Part shown: positions 6,537-7,944 of the stretch, piece after piece | Numbering within the stretch: the first letter of the stretch is position 1 | Layout of the letters: the number at the start of each line of letters is the position of its first letter | Assembly: GCA_003661605.2 (NCBI GenBank) | Contig: QMWL02000031.1 | Location: forward strand, 1-7,944 | Reading direction: 5' to 3' | Origin: an archaeon | Lineage (GTDB): Archaea > Thermoproteota > QMWL01 | DNA: 7,944 nt | Translations under genes and position numbers: made by a program | Notes under the pieces: generated by a model | Database searches by the model: none | Told to the model about the DNA's origin: nothing | The model's input: the letters and a program-made list of their open reading frames with translations, nothing else

Positions 6537-6671
6537 TGGTGGGCCCGGTGGGATTCGAGCCCACGGCCTTCGGGTCTCTCCGAGCTCCAGAGGCGCCGTC
6601 ATTCCATAGCGGTCTGCAGACCCGTTCTCTCCTCTGGAGCCCGACGCCATTCCTGGCTAGGCCACGGGCCC
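6537..6671 (-). tRNA. trnW: tRNA-Trp (anticodon CCA) with a 58-nt intron at the canonical 37/38 position and a genome-encoded 3' CCA
   Basis: The minus strand reads GGGCCCG-TG-GCCTAGCCAGGAATGGC-G-TCGGG-CTCCAG[intron]A-CCCGA-AGGCC-GTGGG-CTCGAAT-CCCAC-CGGGCCC-A-CCA. It has a 7/7 G-C acceptor stem, a GTGGG/CCCAC T-stem with a CTCGAAT loop, G18G19 in the D-loop, and a TCGGG/CCCGA anticodon stem. The anticodon CCA lies at 6637-6635. Exon 1 is 6671-6634, the intron is 6633-6576, and exon 2 is 6575-6537. The spliced length is 77 nt including CCA. Confidence 0.92.
6576..6633 (-). other. tRNA-Trp intron (58 nt) with a bulge-helix-bulge splice motif and box C/D-like guide features
   Basis: Intron sequence: AGGAGAGAACGGGTCTGCAGACCGCTATGGAATGACGGCGCCTCTGGAGCTCGGAGAG. 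C32-C35 pair with intron GGAG (i53-56). This helix is flanked by 3-nt bulges A36-G37-i1 and i57-i58-A38. Two further antisense elements and GA-containing box-like motifs are described in the findings. Confidence 0.85.
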
Positions 6672-6692
6672 TCCTATACCTGATAGGTACCC

Positions 6693-6698
6693 TTTAAT
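6693..6698 (-). promoter_or_regulatory. Candidate TATA box of tRNA-Trp
   Basis: The minus strand reads AAAAGCTGATTAAAGGG. ATTAAA is centred about 25 nt upstream of tRNA nt 1 (6671), with a purine-rich BRE-like stretch (AAAAGC) just upstream. This rests on position and composition only. Confidence 0.4.
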
Positions 6699-6721
6699 CA
6701 GCTTTTCCTCCACATCTAACC

Positions 6722-6729
6722 TTAAATAT
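6722..6729 (+). promoter_or_regulatory. Candidate TATA box of the 5S rRNA gene
   Basis: TTAAATAT is centred about 23-24 nt upstream of the first nucleotide of 5S helix I (6749). It lies 23 bp from the oppositely oriented tRNA-Trp TATA candidate. Confidence 0.45.
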
Positions 6730-6748
6730 GGGCTCTTTAACACACTTC

Positions 6749-6880
6749 GGGGTGGTGTCGGCCATAGGGGTGCGGGAACCACGCGATCCCGTTCCGAACT
6801 CGCCAGTGAAACCGCACCCCGTTCCCGGTGGTACTGTGGTGCGGGAGCCCACGGGAAGCCGGGAAGCCGATGCCACCCCC
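6749..6880 (+). rRNA. rrf: 5S ribosomal RNA, stand-alone (not linked to 16S/23S in this window)
   Basis: Helix I: 6749-6762 GGGGTGGTGTCGGC pairs with 6866-6879 GCCGATGCCACCCC (14 bp, 2 G.U). Helix II: GGGGTGCGG (6767-6775) pairs with CCGCACCCC (6812-6820). Loop C has the conserved CCCGTTCCGAAC. Helix IV/V: TTCCCGG (6822-6828) pairs with CCGGGAA (6859-6865), and CTGTGG pairs with CCACGG. A GGTACTG loop-E-like segment is present. By my hand count it is about 70% G+C. The ends are good to roughly +/-3 nt. Confidence 0.9.
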
Positions 6881-6883
6881 ACC

Positions 6884-6890
6884 CTTATAA
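6884..6890 (+). promoter_or_regulatory. Candidate TATA box for the downstream DUF1512-like gene
   Basis: CTTATAA lies 4 nt after the 5S 3' end and is centred about 27 nt upstream of the first in-frame start candidate (TTG 6915). This is consistent with a leaderless mRNA. It rests on position and composition only. Confidence 0.3.
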
Positions 6891-6914
6891 CGCCTGAAGA
6901 ACCACCTTCTTAGA

Positions 6915-7944
6915 TTGATACCGACAGTGCCCTCCGATCAGTACTCCTTCTGGCAACTAGTGTCTCTTGCTGTGTTCTTGTTATTCATTGTTGTGTACAC
7001 TTTATTCGGGTCGCGTATTCAGTTCCATCTCATCATGTCGGAGGTTGGTTCTCATCTCCGTATGCTCTCGCGCATGCGTCAAATCCTCTTGGCAAGAGTT
7101 ACTGAGTTTATCCGAAAGAACGCCAAGGATGATACGGACGTGGAGGGCTTCGTATCTACTATGACTGACTATTTTGTAGTAGAACCCGTTAGCCTTGACC
7201 CATCAGGAGTAGTTTGGAAGCTAGAACATCTCATTCGCACTGCTGAAACGCATCTAGAGAACAGCGTGCGTGGAGTCCTGGCTAATCCCTGTGAGGACCT
7301 GGTTAAACGCGCTACTTACATGATCGAAGTTGCTCGTGCGTTCTCTGCTATTCATAAGATTGTGAATCATTTCTATATTTTAGCTAGAAAAACGAACAAT
7401 TTATTCATTGCAATGCAGCTTCACTTTATGCTTCCGCTGATCGCGAGGGAAGCCAACGCGCTCTTTAACGCTGTTCAAGCCTTTGAACTCAGAATACCTA
7501 TTGGTGATGGTGCTGGTGTGCTCGCTGTCTCTCATCTAGTAACTAGGGACGCCCCCTATCGCACTATAGCAAGGCATACTATATGTTACGAGACTTCAAT
7601 TAACGGTCGACCTGCGTTCATCATTCGACCTAAAGGTCCAGAAGGCAATACAGGAGAACTGGGGCGTGCTGTAGAGCACGTTCTCGCGGAGATAGCTCCC
7701 TCTGCAATTATAACGGTAGATGCTGCGGTAAAGTTAGAGGGTGAAAAAACAGGTTCTATTGCTATCGGTACTGGCGTAGCCATCGGTGGCGTAGGTGTTC
7801 AACGATTTCGTATCGAGGAAATTGCAAGTAAACATCACGTTCCTTGCTACGCTATTGTTATCAAAATGTCCTCATCAGAAGCTCTACTACCGATGAACGA
7901 GGCTATCGCTGAAGCGTCGCGTAAAGCTGCTGCAGCAGTAGAGC
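6915..7944 (+). CDS. Membrane-anchored protein of unknown function, DUF1512-like (archaea-specific family). Partial: the 3' end lies beyond the window
   Basis: The frame (positions divisible by 3) is open from the TAA at 6888-6890 to the window end. I verified this by hand translation, with no in-frame stop. It is absent from the ORF track because it has no stop in the window. Translation: ...YSFWQLVSLAVFLLFIVVYTLFGSRIQFHLIMSEVGSHLRMLSRMRQ...FVVEPVSLDPSGVVWKLEHL...IPIGDGAGVLAVSHL...ITVDAAVKLEGEKTGSIAIGTGVAIGGVGVQRFRIEEIA... It has one N-terminal hydrophobic helix followed by a soluble domain. Start candidates are TTG 6915, GTG 6927, GTG 6960 and ATG 7035; the ATG would delete the TM helix. 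The DUF1512 family call is from memory of the architecture (confidence about 0.4). The CDS call itself is strong. Confidence 0.8.
   Translation, partial: MIPTVPSDQYSFWQLVSLAVFLLFIVVYTLFGSRIQFHLIMSEVGSHLRMLSRMRQILLARVTEFIRKNAKDDTDVEGFVSTMTDYFVVEPVSLDPSGVVWKLEHLIRTAETHLENSVRGVLANPCEDLVKRATYMIEVARAFSAIHKIVNHFYILARKTNNLFIAMQLHFMLPLIAREANALFNAVQAFELRIPIGDGAGVLAVSHLVTRDAPYRTIARHTICYETSINGRPAFIIRPKGPEGNTGELGRAVEHVLAEIAPSAIITVDAAVKLEGEKTGSIAIGTGVAIGGVGVQRFRIEEIASKHHVPCYAIVIKMSSSEALLPMNEAIAEASRKAAAAVE

Noticed and set aside
6611-6622. Perfect 12-nt palindrome GGTCTGCAGACC as a protein-binding operator or restriction-related site
   Set aside because: It lies inside the tRNA-Trp intron. It is most simply an intron hairpin (GGUC-UGCA-GACC), and half of it doubles as the candidate guide/D' element. 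There is no reason to invoke a DNA-level function.
6576-6633. A canonical box C/D sRNA call for the intron
   Set aside because: No exact RUGAUGA or CUGA box is present and the first guide spacer is short. I therefore report it as a hypothesis in the findings rather than annotating an ncRNA gene.
6467-6913. Three track ORFs (6467-6697 +, 6694-6882 -, 6728-6913 +) of 61-76 aa
   Set aside because: They lie on top of the tRNA-Trp and 5S rRNA genes. Their Pro/Gly/Arg-rich translations are what GC-rich structured RNA gives in any frame. The RNA gene models explain the sequence much better.
6967-7164. 65-aa ORF on the + strand (MLCSCYSLLCTLYSG...)
   Set aside because: It is out of frame with the frame that stays open for more than 1 kb from 6891 to the window end and carries a coherent TM-plus-soluble-domain protein. 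It is a shadow ORF.
7372-7415. A/T-rich TTCTATATTTTAGCTAGAAAAA inside the DUF1512-like CDS, followed by an in-frame ATG (7413), as a possible internal promoter for an anchorless isoform
   Set aside because: The A/T richness is fully explained by the encoded peptide (HFYILARKTNNLFI). There is no independent support, so I treat it as coding sequence only.
7586-7783. 65-aa ORF on the - strand
   Set aside because: It is antisense to the Gly/Ala-rich part of the DUF1512-like CDS. It has low-complexity Ala/Pro/Ser composition and no motif or start context.
1-7944. CRISPR arrays, IS elements, integrases, toxin-antitoxin or defence-island signatures, long direct or inverted repeats
   Set aside because: I found none on reading both strands. 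The only notable repeats are the short inverted repeat within the tRNA intron region (6584-6593 vs 6631-6640) and the GGAGAGA direct repeat at the intron ends. Both are explained by pre-tRNA structure.

Overview
This is a densely packed archaeal chromosomal segment. Four features point to a hyperthermophilic member of the Thermoproteota/Crenarchaeota: a stand-alone 5S rRNA, an intron-containing tRNA with a relaxed splice motif, apparently leaderless genes, and very GC-rich RNA genes. The organism cannot be named from sequence alone.

Gene order:
- 3' end of a hypothetical gene (+)
- iorB-iorA, indolepyruvate:ferredoxin oxidoreductase (-)
- a stand-alone TrpB2-type tryptophan synthase beta paralog, divergent from iorA (+)
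- a small SWIM zinc-finger protein (-)
- an MJ0037-family metallophosphoesterase (+), joined by a TTGA overlap to a COG2509-type FAD-dependent oxidoreductase (+)
- tRNA-Trp(CCA) with a 58-nt intron (-)
- a 5S rRNA, divergent from the tRNA (+)
- the 5' two-thirds of a membrane-anchored, DUF1512-like protein of unknown function (+), which the ORF track misses because it runs off the window

I saw no CRISPR array, IS/transposon, integrase or long repeat. This looks like core genome, not an accessory island.

The most interesting signal is inside the tRNA-Trp intron. It carries two antisense elements positioned so that the box C/D N+5 rule points at nucleotides 34 and 39, next to degenerate box-like motifs. 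Those are the two sites methylated by the intron-encoded C/D guide in euryarchaeal pre-tRNA-Trp.

Secondary leads:
- the uncharacterised SWIM / phosphoesterase / FAD-enzyme neighbourhood
- the ior-trpB2 divergent pair, which shares a 44-bp control region
- the DUF1512-like gene that abuts the 5S rRNA

All family assignments come from motif recognition by eye. No database search was run.
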